A stretch of DNA of 32,000 nt from assembly GCF_023585785.1 (NCBI RefSeq), contig NZ_CP097765.1, positions 450,001 to 482,000 on the forward strand. The letters are read 5' to 3'. Source of the DNA: Blochmannia endosymbiont of Camponotus modoc. Its GTDB lineage: Bacteria > Pseudomonadota > Gammaproteobacteria > Enterobacterales > Enterobacteriaceae. The notes beneath the pieces are model-generated. The model searched no databases. It was given only the letters and a program-made list of their open reading frames with translations, and was not told the origin of the DNA. The position numbers and the translations under genes were made by a program. Positions 1 to 11,698 of this stretch are shown one piece after another (position 1 is the stretch's first letter; each line of letters opens with the position of its first letter).

Positions 1-1369
1 TTATACGCATTTTAGAAACTGATTTATTTTTAACAATCGGATCTGGAGGTAATACCAATGGACGATTTCCTTGCGCTATTTTCAGCAAAACCGCTGCTAA
101 ATTTTCCGTTGTCAAGTCTCTTCTAGGTTTTATTTGGGGTAATAGAGCTCGATATACATCCAAATCATCATTCTCAGTACTTAATTGATATTCTACTTTA
201 TTCGTAAATCTCAATAATCGACAATCAAATAAAGTTTTAGAGGTAGGATACTGAACCTCTGGAATTTTTAAGTTTATTTTACGTTCAATATGACGCAACA
301 AACGACATTCTTTCTGCTCTACAAATAATAAAGATTTTCCCATGCGTCCTGCTCTACCAGTTCTGCCTATACGATGTATATAGGCATCAGAATTTATTGG
401 TATATCATAATTTATTACTAAACTAATACGATGCACATCTAATCCACGTGCAGCAACATCAGTAGCTATAAGAATATCTAATTTACCATGCCTTAATCGA
501 TCTAACGTCTGATGTCGTACTGTTTGATTCATATCTCCATTCAAAGCTGCACTATTGTAACCAAATCTCTCTAATATTTCGGAAATCTCTAGCGTTGCAT
601 ATTTAGTACGAACAAAAACAATAGCTGCATCAAAATCTTCTGTTTCTAAAAAACGCATTAAAGCGTCATGTTTAGCGATTCCTGCATGCACTAACCAATA
701 ACTTTGTCTAATATTAGCACACATGCTAGTATTAGAATGAATAAATACTTCTTTTGGATTATTCATAAATCGATAACTTATACGACGAATACCCATAGGT
801 AAAGTAGCAGAAAATAATGCTGTTTGACGTTTAACTGGAATATTTTTAATGATACGCTCTACATCTTCAATAAATCCCATACGCAACATTTCATCAGCTT
901 CATCTATCACTAAAGTTTTTAGTTGCGATAAATTAGCAGTGCCACGGTTTAAATGATCTATTAGTCTACCTGGAGTACTTACTATAATATGAGGTCTCTT
1001 ATTTAAAGCACTTAATTGAATGCCATAACTTTGCCCTCCATATAAAGTAACAACATTTATTTTTTTCATATATCTTGAAAAATTAGAACACACTCTCCCA
1101 ATTTGTATCGCTAACTCTCGAGTAGGCGTTATAATTAAACCCTGAGAACAAGAATTGTTAATATCAATATTATGTAATAATGGTAAAACAAATGCCGCAG
1201 TTTTTCCGCTACCTGTATGCGCCATTCCTAACACATCATATCCAGCTAATAAATATGGAATGCATTGAATTTGAATCGGTAAAGGTTTTTCATACCCCAC
1301 ATCATGTAAAACATTGACAATATAACGATTTAATCCTAAATCTATAAAAGAGTCTGCGGTTTTCGACAT
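1..1369 (-). CDS. deaD: ATP-dependent DEAD-box RNA helicase DeaD/CsdA (3' end cut off by window edge)
   Basis: Manual reverse translation from ATG at 1369 gives [60 protein letters not shown], then [23 protein letters not shown] and [11 protein letters not shown] motifs. It stays open to ...[19 protein letters not shown] at the window start. Not in the ORF track because it has no stop in the window. Confidence 0.95.
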   Translation of the reverse strand, partial: MSKTADSFIDLGLNRYIVNVLHDVGYEKPLPIQIQCIPYLLAGYDVLGMAHTGSGKTAAFVLPLLHNIDINNSCSQGLIITPTRELAIQIGRVCSNFSRYMKKINVVTLYGGQSYGIQLSALNKRPHIIVSTPGRLIDHLNRGTANLSQLKTLVIDEADEMLRMGFIEDVERIIKNIPVKRQTALFSATLPMGIRRISYRFMNNPKEVFIHSNTSMCANIRQSYWLVHAGIAKHDALMRFLETEDFDAAIVFVRTKYATLEISEILERFGYNSAALNGDMNQTVRHQTLDRLRHGKLDILIATDVAARGLDVHRISLVINYDIPINSDAYIHRIGRTGRAGRMGKSLLFVEQKECRLLRHIERKINLKIPEVQYPTSKTLFDCRLLRFTNKVEYQLSTENDDLDVYRALLPQIKPRRDLTTENLAAVLLKIAQGNRPLVLPPDPIVKNKSVSKMRI

Positions 1370-1984
1370 CTGTGATTACCTCATTTTAATAAACAATTAA
1401 CTGTATAAAATACACATCAAAACCCTTTTAAAAAATATAAAAAGAATACACATACAGACGGATTAAAGTTATTTTAATAACAACGCTCTCGTCATACATA
1501 TCCTGCGCTTGCAATAACTACAAATTAAAATAAAATTAACAATATTGATTATAACTTCATGAATACGAGTATAAATTCCATTTCATAAAGAAGAAAAAAC
1601 ATTAATTCTTGAGATGCTATGAAATATTAACCATATATATTTTGTATAAGTTATGTAATAGTGTATCACTAATTCAATTGATTTATTTCCTTAGTACCCA
1701 TATTTATCTTGTATTAGAATTTTATTCTATTAAGCATCAAATGATTTGATTTGATTTATTTTTTAAATGATAATATGCACTATCTTACTTAATTGTATTA
1801 TATACCTTATATATACCCTTATATATGCCTTAATATTATATATGATTTTTTTATTGCTATAAATTTCAACACCCAACCTAGAACCTAGCTACATGAATCG
1901 TCACCGATCTTTTCTATGTAATCAACCACGCAACTACAATTATCTCACATACGTAAACATATAAAATTTTATCACAGTAAAATA

Positions 1985-4084
1985 CTATGCGCTCACTTGA
2001 TGTACCCCTTTCATACTCAATCGAATTCGTCCCTGACGATCTATTTCTAACACTTTTACTAGTACTTCTTGTCCTAATTTCAAATAATCAGTTACTTTAT
2101 TTATTCTTCTTTCAGAAATCTGGGAAATGTGAACTAATCCTTCTTTTCCAGAAAGGATAGTAACAAATGCTCCAAATTCCACAATGTGACTAACTTTTCC
2201 AGTATAAATGGCTCCTATTTCAATGTTTGCAGTGATATCGTTAATTCTACGAATAGCTTGTTTTGCTTTGTCATAATCTAAAGCAACTATTTTTATGATG
2301 CCATTATCTTCAATATCAATAATAGTATTAGTTTCTTCAGTCAATGAGCGAATAACTGATCCTCCTTTTCCTATAACATCTTTAATTTTATCTGGATTAA
2401 CTTTAATGCTATATATCCTGGGAGCAAATTTAGAAATTTCCTGATTAGGAAACTTAATAATCTGTTCCATAATATCTAATATTTGCAGTCGAGCATTTTT
2501 TGCTTTTTGTAGCGCAATATTTATTATATCATAAGTAATCCCATCCGTTTTAATATCCATTTGCAATGCCGTGATACCTTGACGACTACCAGATACTTTA
2601 AAATCCATATCTCCAATATGATCTTCATCGCTAACAATATCAGATAATACCACAAAATCGTTTCCTTCCTTAATCAAACCCATAGCAACACCAGCAACTG
2701 CTGCTTTAATCGGCACTCCAGCATCCATCAACGCTAACGATGTACCACAAATAGATGCCATAGAGGACGATCCATTAGATTCAGTGATTTCTGACACTAC
2801 ACGTATTGTATACGGAAACTCATTAGCATTAGGCATAACTGCTAACATACCTCGTTTGGCTAAACGTCCATGTCCTATTTCTCTTCTTTTTGGAGCTCCT
2901 ATGACACCTATTTCACCCACACAATATGGTGGAAAATTATAGTGTAATAAAAATCTATCCGCACGAATACCAGTTAATCCATCAATATTCTGTGCATCGC
3001 GTTCTGTGCCAAGCGTAACAACAACCAGCGCTTGAGTATCGCCTCTAGTAAATAATGCTGATCCATGAGTACGTGGTAATATGCCTGTTTTTATATCTAT
3101 TTTCCGAATTGTATCTTGCGAACGTCCATCAACACGTAATTTGTTCGTTAAAATACGATAACGAATTGATTGCGCTTCTAAGTAATTTAAAAGATACATT
3201 ATTTCTTTTTCATCTACAGCGGAATGCTGGTAGCTACTAAGAACGGTTTTTACTATATCTTTCTTAATGCCATCAACTTGAGTATGACGCTCCTTCTTAT
3301 CAAAAAAACAATATGTATCTTGCAAACGAGACTCATACAATTCAGATAAATACGTTTTTAAAGATATATTAACTTCCTTTTCGTTCCAAGAATACTTAGT
3401 TTTTCCAACTTTTTTAACTAATTTATTAATATTATGAATCACTATTTGTTGTTGTTCATGACCAAATATAATAGCGTCTAAAATTTCTTTTTCACTTAGT
3501 AAACACGATTCTGATTCCACCATCAAAATATTGGATTCAGTCCCTGAAATCACCAAATCTAACTTACTATTAGATAATTCCGTCGTTGTTGGATTTAATA
3601 CATATTGATTTTTAATATAACCAACTCTAGCTGCCCCAATGGGTCCAAAAAATGGAATATCAGACAAACTCAATGCCGCGGATACTCCTATTATTGCTAC
3701 AATATCTGGATTTACTTGAGGATTTACTGATACTACCGTAGCAACTACTTGTACATCATTAATAAATCCCTTAGGGAATAACGGCCGAATAGGGCGATCA
3801 ATCAAGCGAGACGTTAACGTTTCGTTTTCACTTGGTCGACCTTCTCGACGAAAAAAACCTCCTGGAAATTTTCCAGCAGCATAAGTGCGCTCTTGATAAT
3901 TTACAACAAGAGGAAAAAAATCTTGTTCTAATCTTACTTGATTAGAACTAACTACTGTAACTAATACTGTAGTATCACTCATACTCGCCATGACTGCAGC
4001 ATTTGCTTGACGAGCTATTGTTCCAATGTCTAAAATTACAGTATGCTGTCCATATTTAAATTTATGAATAATCGGATCTAACAA
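1985..4084 (-). CDS. pnp: Polyribonucleotide nucleotidyltransferase (PNPase)
   Basis: 699 aa, [16 protein letters not shown]... start; two RNase PH domains, KH ([13 protein letters not shown]) and S1 ([13 protein letters not shown]) domains; adjacent to rpsO as in E. coli. Confidence 0.98.
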   Translation of the reverse strand: MLDPIIHKFKYGQHTVILDIGTIARQANAAVMASMSDTTVLVTVVSSNQVRLEQDFFPLVVNYQERTYAAGKFPGGFFRREGRPSENETLTSRLIDRPIRPLFPKGFINDVQVVATVVSVNPQVNPDIVAIIGVSAALSLSDIPFFGPIGAARVGYIKNQYVLNPTTTELSNSKLDLVISGTESNILMVESESCLLSEKEILDAIIFGHEQQQIVIHNINKLVKKVGKTKYSWNEKEVNISLKTYLSELYESRLQDTYCFFDKKERHTQVDGIKKDIVKTVLSSYQHSAVDEKEIMYLLNYLEAQSIRYRILTNKLRVDGRSQDTIRKIDIKTGILPRTHGSALFTRGDTQALVVVTLGTERDAQNIDGLTGIRADRFLLHYNFPPYCVGEIGVIGAPKRREIGHGRLAKRGMLAVMPNANEFPYTIRVVSEITESNGSSSMASICGTSLALMDAGVPIKAAVAGVAMGLIKEGNDFVVLSDIVSDEDHIGDMDFKVSGSRQGITALQMDIKTDGITYDIINIALQKAKNARLQILDIMEQIIKFPNQEISKFAPRIYSIKVNPDKIKDVIGKGGSVIRSLTEETNTIIDIEDNGIIKIVALDYDKAKQAIRRINDITANIEIGAIYTGKVSHIVEFGAFVTILSGKEGLVHISQISERRINKVTDYLKLGQEVLVKVLEIDRQGRIRLSMKGVHQVSA

Positions 4085-4263
4085 AATAATATCCTTTTTA
4101 TAATTTAATATATAATTTTTTAATATGTCTAAATAATCATAAGAACATCATGATCTTAAATATAAAATTAACAAAATTTCATTTTCTAACTTATTTTCAA
4201 AAGCTCCTCAATAAATAAAAAAATATCGTCAAAATATTTATATTCTTCACAAACTAAATTATA

Positions 4264-4533
4264 TTAATGACGCAATCCTAAATTTCGTATTAAATTAGTA
4301 TAATGTAACATGTTATTTTCTTTTAAATATTTCAATAATCTTCTCCGATGAGCGACCATCTTAAGTAATCCGCGGCGACTATGATGATCCTTTTTATGTT
4401 TTAAAAAATGATGTTTCAAATGATCAATACGTTCAGTTAATAGAGCAACTTGTACCTCAGTAGAACCAGTATCCTTAGCGTTACGACCAAATGTAGAAAT
4501 TATTTCTCTTGTTTTTTCAGCACTCCAAGACAT
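4264..4533 (-). CDS. rpsO: 30S ribosomal protein S15
   Basis: Motif [37 protein letters not shown]. The start is probably the internal Met ([11 protein letters not shown]) at 4533 rather than the ORF-track start at 4542. Confidence 0.95.
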   Translation of the reverse strand: MSWSAEKTREIISTFGRNAKDTGSTEVQVALLTERIDHLKHHFLKHKKDHHSRRGLLKMVAHRRRLLKYLKENNMLHYTNLIRNLGLRH

Positions 4534-4867
4534 GGACAACACCTTTTATTTAAAAAACTATATTTAATTTGAAGATAAATTATATTTGAAAATTAAATTA
4601 AATAAAATTGGAATCAATATTCAATTTTTCATTGTATTCCTCTATTTAATTAAAAAATAAATTAGATAAAAATAGAAAATATATTTCTTTATTTTGTACA
4701 TTATCTGTATCTATCCAAAAACATACAATAAAAACTGTCTAACCCTTATAAACACTGCAAATAACACATATAATCAACACTCATACGTTCACGTAATTTG
4801 ACTGTATCAATTATCAAAATGTGTCCATTTTATATTCTTGACGCAAAAATAACATATATAAATAATG

Positions 4868-5650
4868 TCAACATTTGTCATTGGATATATTCGCAAACTC
4901 AATCATGATCATATTCATTGGCGTCAAGAAGGCATCTAACTTGCAAAACACTTGTACATCATCAAAAGAATCATTGTAAAAAATAGCTTCCAAAGTTGCT
5001 ATATTTATCATAGAAGAAGCAATGTACTGCCCTACTGATAAACGACGTAATTCTATGACATGTGCTCCGCAACCTAAATACTCTCCAATATCATTCACCA
5101 TACTACGAATATAAGTGCCTGTAGAACAATGGACATCTAATTCGATAATATTTTCTGTTTTTTTAATAAGACTCAGATTGTATATATGAATCGACCTGGG
5201 TTTTCTAGGAAAATGTATTCCTTTTCTGGCGTATTTATATAAAGGTAATCCACGATATTTTAATGATGAAAACATAGGAGGAATTTGATTTCTTATTCCT
5301 CTAAATGATGCTAAACATTGTTCTAATATATAATCATCTGACTGTACAGGCGACACACTAATAATCGTCCCATCTGAATCAAAAGTATCAGTACTTACTC
5401 CTAATTGAGCGCTGACTGTATATCGTTTATCAGAATGTAACAAGTATTTAGCAAACTTAGTCGCCTTACCAAAACAAACAGGCAGCATTCCTGTAGCTAA
5501 CGGATCTAAAGTGCCGGTATGTCCTATCTTTTTAGCATTAAATAATTTTTTAATCTTATTTAAGAATAAACCAGAAGATATTCCTTTAGGTTTGTCTAAT
5601 AATAAAATGCCATTAATATCTCGATTTCCTATATTCTTATATCGCTTCAC
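4868..5650 (-). CDS. truB: tRNA pseudouridine(55) synthase TruB, C-terminally shortened
   Basis: GILLLDKPKGISS and the catalytic motif GHTGTLDPLATGMLP; 260 aa, ending early in the expected C-terminal PUA-like domain. Confidence 0.95.
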   Translation of the reverse strand: MKRYKNIGNRDINGILLLDKPKGISSGLFLNKIKKLFNAKKIGHTGTLDPLATGMLPVCFGKATKFAKYLLHSDKRYTVSAQLGVSTDTFDSDGTIISVSPVQSDDYILEQCLASFRGIRNQIPPMFSSLKYRGLPLYKYARKGIHFPRKPRSIHIYNLSLIKKTENIIELDVHCSTGTYIRSMVNDIGEYLGCGAHVIELRRLSVGQYIASSMINIATLEAIFYNDSFDDVQVFCKLDAFLTPMNMIMIEFANISNDKC

Positions 5651-5687
5651 TAGAAACCTTAATGCAATTATTAATTTAACTTTTATA

Positions 5688-6047
5688 TTATAATTTTTCT
5701 GTAATAGAAATTAAACTATATACTTTTGCTCCTTCAATTAGTGAAGAATCGTATTTAAAGCATAACATAGGCGCTACACGTAAACACATAGTATTAGCTA
5801 ATAAAAAACGAATAAACCGTGAAGCACGTTGTAATATCATAACAGCAGTATCTATTTCCTCCGGACCTTCTTTATCAATAAAAGTCACAAAAATATTAGC
5901 ATTTTTTAAATCTTTAGATATTTGAACCCCTGAAATAGTAGGTATACCTATGCGAATATCATCGATCCTATGTTGCAAGATAATAGAAATTTTCTTATGT
6001 ATTTCTTGAGCAATACGCTGAGTACGATAATTATGTTGAAAGTACAT
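5688..6047 (-). CDS. rbfA: 30S ribosome-binding factor A
   Basis: [56 protein letters not shown] matches RbfA. The ORF track extends to 6128, but homology starts at the Met at 6047. Confidence 0.93.
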   Translation of the reverse strand: MYFQHNYRTQRIAQEIHKKISIILQHRIDDIRIGIPTISGVQISKDLKNANIFVTFIDKEGPEEIDTAVMILQRASRFIRFLLANTMCLRVAPMLCFKYDSSLIEGAKVYSLISITEKL

Positions 6048-6138
6048 CTGTCTACCTTCCGTAAAAAAATAAACATTTACATTACATGTAAATAAACACC
6101 CAATTGAATAATCTAATAATGAACACACTTAATCTCAG

Positions 6139-8817
6139 TTATACATGAGGTATTTTTACTATATCAAACACTTCAATCATATCTCCAGAATGAATATTTT
6201 TATAATTTTTTATACCAATACCGCATTCTATTCCACTGCGTACTTCATTAACATCATCTTTAAAACGCCGAAGCGACTCTAGCTCACCTTCATACACTAC
6301 TATATTATCTCGTATAACTCTAATTTTTTTATGACGTTTTATCATTCCCTCAACAACTATGCAACCAGCAACGTTTCCATATTTTGGAGAACGAAATACA
6401 TTGCGTACTTTTGCTAAACCAATAATTTCATGTTTATATTGTGGTACTAACATACCATGCACTGCTTGTTTTACTTCATCTATCAAATCATAAATTACTG
6501 AATAATAGCGCACATCTAACTGATCCAATTCAATTATACGCCGAGCAGTAGGATCTGCTCTAACATTAAATCCTAAAATAACCGCATTAGAAGCTGCTGC
6601 TAATGCAACATCAGTTTCAGTAATACCACCAATAGACGAAGATAAAATTTTTATTGCTACATCACCACCAGTTGATAAATTTTTTAAGGATTCACGAATA
6701 GCTTCAGAAGAACCCTGTGTGTCAGATTTGACAATTAAATTTAATTCAGAAACCACACTAGTATTCTTGATACTGGAAAATATATTTTCTATGTTGGGTT
6801 CTTTTTGACGAGCCAATTTTATTTCACGAGACTTTCCTTGACGATACAAAGCTACCTCCCGAGCTTTTTTTTCGTCACGAACTACAATTACACTCTCTCC
6901 AGAAGCAGGTGATCCCGATAAACCCAATAATTCAACCGGGATTGAAGGTCCAGCTGAAGTAATTTCATGCCCTAATTCATTGCGCATAGCGCGAACACGT
7001 CCATATTCTGTTCCGCATAAAATTATATCACCACATTTTAGTGTACCTTCACGTACCAGAACAGCAACTACAGGACCACGTCCTTTATCTAAAAAAGATT
7101 CAATGACTATGGCCCTTGCCATACCATGATGTACAACTTTCAACTCTAACATATCTGATTGCAATAAAATAGCATCTAATAAATTGTCTATTCCATTTCC
7201 TGAAGTAGCAGAAACATGTATAAATTGTGTATCGCCACCCCATTCTTCTGGAATAAGACCATGGTTATTAAGATCATTTTTTATTCGTTCAGGATTGGCT
7301 TCTGATTTGTCAATCTTGTTTATTGCTACAACCACAGGAACATTGGCAGCCTTAATATGCTCTATTGCTTCAATAGTCTGAGGCATAACTCCATCATCAG
7401 CGGCTACTACTAACACAACGATATCCGTTATCTGAGCCCCACGAGCACGCATAGCAGTAAATGCTGCATGTCCTGGAGTATCAAGAAAAGTAATCATACC
7501 ATTATTAGTACTCACATGATATGCACCTATGCTTTGAGTAATACCTCCTACCTCAGAAGAGGCTATTTTAGTTGAACGAATTCTGTCAAGAAGGGATGTT
7601 TTTCCGTGATCTACATGACCCATAATAGTAACTATTGGCGCTCTATTTTCGATTGTAGCACCAGAACTTGTTATATCAATATCACCACGATCATTCATAA
7701 TTAATTCTTCTAGTTCGTTTTCACGACGTAAAATAACATTATGGCCCATCTCTTCCGCCACCAGTTGAGCAGTATCTTGATCGATAATTTGATTAATCGT
7801 TGCGATTATACCCAATTGCATCATCGTTTTAATGACACGAGAGCTTTTTATGGACATCTTATTGGCTAATTCAGCTACACTTATAGTTTGTCCAATAATA
7901 ATATCGCGAGTAATTGTTTGAACAGGTTTATTAAAAACTTGTACTAATGCGCTTTGTTTACGCTTATTTTTATTAACACGATTCGGAACATACAACTCTT
8001 CTTCTATACCCAATTCATCAGATGTTGCCTCATATAAACGATGATGATTACTCCTTTTATGTTGTTTAATTAATTTTCCGCTATTTCGATATCTCGTACG
8101 CACACGAGAGCGATTTCTTCTTTCATTTTCTAATTTTTGATTATTATTCTTCTCTAGCAATTCAGGCATACAATATATTTTATTATTATTGGGACTATCT
8201 CCTAAATTAGAACGAATTGCATTTGTATTATTTAATTCAATGTCCCAACAGTTTTTAGTCTTTTTTTTAAGAGACTGAGTTTCATCTGATACTTGTAAAG
8301 ACTTTTCTTCAAATTTATGAGAGATTTTTTCTATAACTTTCTCTTTGTGTTCTGTTGATTCAAAATAACGATGATTTTTTTTGGAGATTTGTGTTAACGA
8401 TAACGGACTGAGAGTATTACTTATTTTTTTGTTGACCAATCTATTATTCTTTACAGTTAGATTAGATGTTTCACGATTAGCATCAAAAACCATTTTGTTT
8501 TTTACACCAATAAACTCTGCCTCTTGTAAGGTAGATTGTACATATGTAAGTTTCTTTCGTATCTCTATGTGTACTTTTTTATTTTTACCACCTACACTAG
8601 ATACACTTAAAATACTACGCATTTTTCGTTGTAATATTAATTTATTAGATATGTCGTTTTTATTATCATTCATATACTTAAATAAAATTTCTTTTTCTTT
8701 TTGAGTTACAATACCTATTTCTGTTTTTAAAATGCCAATATATGAAAACCATTGTATTAATTGATCTACTGACATTTTCATTTCCGCAGCAAACGATTGT
8801 ATGGTGGTATCTGTCAT
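6139..8817 (-). CDS. infB: Translation initiation factor IF-2
   Basis: 892 aa; [20 protein letters not shown] and NKID G-motifs; IF2_N domain at the N-terminus. Confidence 0.98.
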   Translation of the reverse strand: MTDTTIQSFAAEMKMSVDQLIQWFSYIGILKTEIGIVTQKEKEILFKYMNDNKNDISNKLILQRKMRSILSVSSVGGKNKKVHIEIRKKLTYVQSTLQEAEFIGVKNKMVFDANRETSNLTVKNNRLVNKKISNTLSPLSLTQISKKNHRYFESTEHKEKVIEKISHKFEEKSLQVSDETQSLKKKTKNCWDIELNNTNAIRSNLGDSPNNNKIYCMPELLEKNNNQKLENERRNRSRVRTRYRNSGKLIKQHKRSNHHRLYEATSDELGIEEELYVPNRVNKNKRKQSALVQVFNKPVQTITRDIIIGQTISVAELANKMSIKSSRVIKTMMQLGIIATINQIIDQDTAQLVAEEMGHNVILRRENELEELIMNDRGDIDITSSGATIENRAPIVTIMGHVDHGKTSLLDRIRSTKIASSEVGGITQSIGAYHVSTNNGMITFLDTPGHAAFTAMRARGAQITDIVVLVVAADDGVMPQTIEAIEHIKAANVPVVVAINKIDKSEANPERIKNDLNNHGLIPEEWGGDTQFIHVSATSGNGIDNLLDAILLQSDMLELKVVHHGMARAIVIESFLDKGRGPVVAVLVREGTLKCGDIILCGTEYGRVRAMRNELGHEITSAGPSIPVELLGLSGSPASGESVIVVRDEKKAREVALYRQGKSREIKLARQKEPNIENIFSSIKNTSVVSELNLIVKSDTQGSSEAIRESLKNLSTGGDVAIKILSSSIGGITETDVALAAASNAVILGFNVRADPTARRIIELDQLDVRYYSVIYDLIDEVKQAVHGMLVPQYKHEIIGLAKVRNVFRSPKYGNVAGCIVVEGMIKRHKKIRVIRDNIVVYEGELESLRRFKDDVNEVRSGIECGIGIKNYKNIHSGDMIEVFDIVKIPHV

Positions 8818-8847
8818 GGCTTTCCTTAATTATTATGAATAATAATA

Positions 8848-10365
8848 TTAATGTTTGTTATCATTATTAAACCAACAAATATTGCGGGCTTCCATAATTA
8901 ATTCTCCAATTTTTTCTTTAGTTAATCCTTCAATATCGGAAAGATCCGAAATATCTTTTTCAGCTAACTCTTCTAATGTGGAAATACCACGTTCAACTAA
9001 TGTTAATGCTAATTTATATTCAATATTAGGTAATCTCAATAATCCTGTAATGGGATGAATAACCGCCGCAGTATAATTATCTTCCTTAACATCTTTTTCA
9101 TTATGAGTCACAGAAAAATTCTTTAAAGCACTTTTTGCGCGATCTCTAATTATTTCTACTGTTTTTCTATCAAATTCTTTTATTGATAATAATTCTGTCA
9201 TAGGTACATAAGCTAATTCCTCAAGTGAAGAAAACCCTGAATCAATTAAAATTTTAGCAAATTGCTCACTGATATTTAAGGAATGAATAAAAATATTGAT
9301 AATAGCACATATTTCAACTTGACGTTTCTTTTCCAACTCATCTACAGTCATAATATTGAGTTCCCATCCGCTTAATTGAGATACTAGACGAATGTTTTGT
9401 CCATTCCTTCCAATAGCTTGAGGTAAATTAGATTCCTCTACTGAAATATCCATTGTATGCTTATCTTCATCTATCACAATAGACGCAACATCAGCAGGAG
9501 ACATAGCATTGATAACAAATTGAACAGGATTATCATCCCATAATATAACATCTACTCGTTCTCCTCCTAATTCACCAGACACAGCCTGAACCCGTGCGCC
9601 TCTCATTCCTACACATGCTCCTACTGGATCAATACGCTTATCATTTGTTTTAACGGCAATTTTTGCCCGTGAACCAGGATCGCGCGCTGCGGCTTTAATT
9701 GTGATTAATTCTTCTCCAATTTCAGGTACCTCGATACGAAATAATTCAATCAACATTTCGGTCCTCGTACGACTGATAAGTAATTGAGGACCTTTAAAAT
9801 CCGGTCGCACCAAATAAAGAATACCACGAATTCTATCTCCCAATCTAAAATTTTCACGCGGTAACATTTCTTCTCTATTAATAATACCTTCAGCATTATT
9901 TCCTAAATCTATACTTATACTATCTCTATTAATTTTCTTTACTATACCTGTAACGATATCACCCTGTCGATTTAAAAACTGTTCTATAATAATTGCACGT
10001 TCAGCTTCACGTACCTTTTGAACAATAACTTGTTTTGCAGTTTGAGTTGTAATACGATCGAAACTAATAGATTCAATGCCATCTTCAATGTAATCACAAA
10101 TTTGAACTTTTGGATTCTCAAATCGAGCTGCATCTAATGTAATTTCTTTAGTAGGTTGAGTTACTTGTTCCACTACAACCCACCTCCGAAATGTATTAAT
10201 CTGACCTGATTTACGATCAATTACAACACGAACTTCAACATCTTGTTCATATTTCTTTTTTGTAGCAGCAGCCAATGCTGTTTCTAATGCTTCAAAAATT
10301 TTTTCTTGAGGTACAGCTTTTTCATTAGAAACTGCTTCTATAACAGCCAAAATCTCTTTATTCAT
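8848..10365 (-). CDS. nusA: Transcription termination/antitermination protein NusA
   Basis: 505 aa; [32 protein letters not shown]; S1 and KH domains ([20 protein letters not shown]; [21 protein letters not shown]) and C-terminal acidic repeats. Confidence 0.98.
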   Translation of the reverse strand: MNKEILAVIEAVSNEKAVPQEKIFEALETALAAATKKKYEQDVEVRVVIDRKSGQINTFRRWVVVEQVTQPTKEITLDAARFENPKVQICDYIEDGIESISFDRITTQTAKQVIVQKVREAERAIIIEQFLNRQGDIVTGIVKKINRDSISIDLGNNAEGIINREEMLPRENFRLGDRIRGILYLVRPDFKGPQLLISRTRTEMLIELFRIEVPEIGEELITIKAAARDPGSRAKIAVKTNDKRIDPVGACVGMRGARVQAVSGELGGERVDVILWDDNPVQFVINAMSPADVASIVIDEDKHTMDISVEESNLPQAIGRNGQNIRLVSQLSGWELNIMTVDELEKKRQVEICAIINIFIHSLNISEQFAKILIDSGFSSLEELAYVPMTELLSIKEFDRKTVEIIRDRAKSALKNFSVTHNEKDVKEDNYTAAVIHPITGLLRLPNIEYKLALTLVERGISTLEELAEKDISDLSDIEGLTKEKIGELIMEARNICWFNNDNKH

Positions 10366-10877
10366 CCCAGTTTCTCAAACGTTATTTCCTTAATAGCTAT
10401 TATGTGTATATCATTGTGTAATTAAATTTTAAAAAATAACTCACCCCTACATCGTATTGACAACATAATGTATTGCAATTTATCGATTCAATTACAAAAA
10501 CTATGATTATAATTAATACAAATTAATTTAATCGTCCTATTCATATCAGACAACCTTGTAACATATAACAGAATTCTATTCGATATTATGAAATTAATAA
10601 ACCTTGAGAAATTTCCATAGAAAATAATCAGTGATCTACTTATTTGATAGGTACGTTATCAACATGAAAAGAAATCTATTAATATTCTCTGAATATTAAC
10701 TAAACATTTAACCATAACTAATTTAATAAATTGATATTGTTTATGTAGCCCCTAATATCTAAATATCAACATTTTTCCATTATTCTCAAACGAGAACACC
10801 CGGATCGGTCAAGCTTAGTATAACACACAAAACGTATTATTTCCTACAGTATAAATAAAACAACCTACTTGATACGG

Positions 10878-10951
10878 TTGCGGGGGTCGGATTTGAACCA
10901 ACGACCTTCGGGTTATGAGCCCGACGAGCTGCCATACTGCTCCACCCCGCG
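10878..10951 (-). tRNA. metY: Initiator tRNA-fMet (anticodon CAT)
   Basis: Minus strand CGCGGGGTGGAGCAGTATGGCAGCTCGTCGGGCTCATAACCCGAAGGTCGTTGGTTCAAATCCGACCCCCGCAA. It has the C1xA72 mismatch and three G-C pairs at the base of the anticodon stem (GGG CTCATAA CCC), both initiator hallmarks. The 3' CCA is not encoded (CCG follows). Confidence 0.97.
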
Positions 10952-11022
10952 CCTGTACTAAAACAATAAGAATTGTATACCACATAACTCCAAAAAAGCA
11001 AATTATTTATATTACGAAACAA

Positions 11023-11108
11023 TACCGAGGACGGGACTTGAACCCGTAATCTCAAATAAGAGAACTACCACCTCAAAGTAGCGTGTCTACCAATTCCACC
11101 ACCTCGGT
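11023..11108 (-). tRNA. leuU: tRNA-Leu (anticodon GAG)
   Basis: Minus strand ACCGAGGTGGTGGAATTGGTAGACACGCTACTTTGAGGTGGTAGTTCTCTTATTTGAGATTACGGGTTCAAGTCCCGTCCTCGGTA. It has a 7-bp acceptor stem, long variable arm and GTTCAAGTCCC T-arm, and closely resembles E. coli leuU. CCA is not encoded (TTG follows). Confidence 0.97.
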
Positions 11109-11268
11109 TATTAACAATCATCGATAATATGAAATCACATATAGTAATATTTTAATTTATATATACATTGCTGGTTACATATATTTTATGTCTTTTTTAT
11201 TACATATAAAAAGATATCTTTAACCAATTTGTTGTTGAAAAATTACGCTTAAAATTTATATAATTTTA

Positions 11269-11550
11269 TTAATCTTGTAATTGACTATTTTGTGTATTGT
11301 TTTGAATATACTTTTGATTTTGTTTGCTATTTATATTTCCCAGTAACAAACTAAATAAAAAAAATAATATAGCTAAAATTACTATTAAACACGTTATACC
11401 ATCATTGATACCTCCTGAACCTAACATATCTCCTAAAGAACGACTACTAAACATTCCTCCTGAATCATTATTTTTGTTTTGTTGTAACATAATCAATGTG
11501 ATTAGAGATATTGCTATAATTAAAAATATAACCAAAAAAGCTTGATACAT
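11269..11550 (-). CDS. secG: Preprotein translocase subunit SecG
   Basis: Short two-TM protein MYQAFLVIFLIIAISLITLIMLQQ...GGMFSSRSLGDMLGSGG; located between leuU and glmM as in E. coli. Confidence 0.9.
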   Translation of the reverse strand: MYQAFLVIFLIIAISLITLIMLQQNKNNDSGGMFSSRSLGDMLGSGGINDGITCLIVILAILFFLFSLLLGNINSKQNQKYIQNNTQNSQLQD

Positions 11551-11698
11551 GACATTATATCGCCTTATATAAACATTTTACATTTAAAAAAAATAAATAA
11601 TTTCTGCAACTACTAATATTTCTTTCTATATAAAAAATACTATATAACTCCTATATATTACAATTATTCGATATACGCATAATATTTGAAGTAAATTA

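Noticed and set aside
7184-7381. Small plus-strand ORFs inside infB and other genes (3055-3240, 5511-5693, 8381-8704, 8855-9058, 11324-11545, 12036-12269, 13097-13288, 14773-14967, 17158-17340, 22291-22485, 22431-22643, 29918-30124) and the minus-strand ORF 21375-21602 antisense to ppa
   Set aside because: All are antisense to conserved genes and none shows coding features of its own.
10837-11055. 72-aa ORF on the minus strand (…AARRAHNPKVVGSNPTPATV…)
   Set aside because: Its most striking part is the translation of the tRNA-fMet gene, and the ORF overlaps both tRNA genes. It is an artefact of structured RNA sequence.
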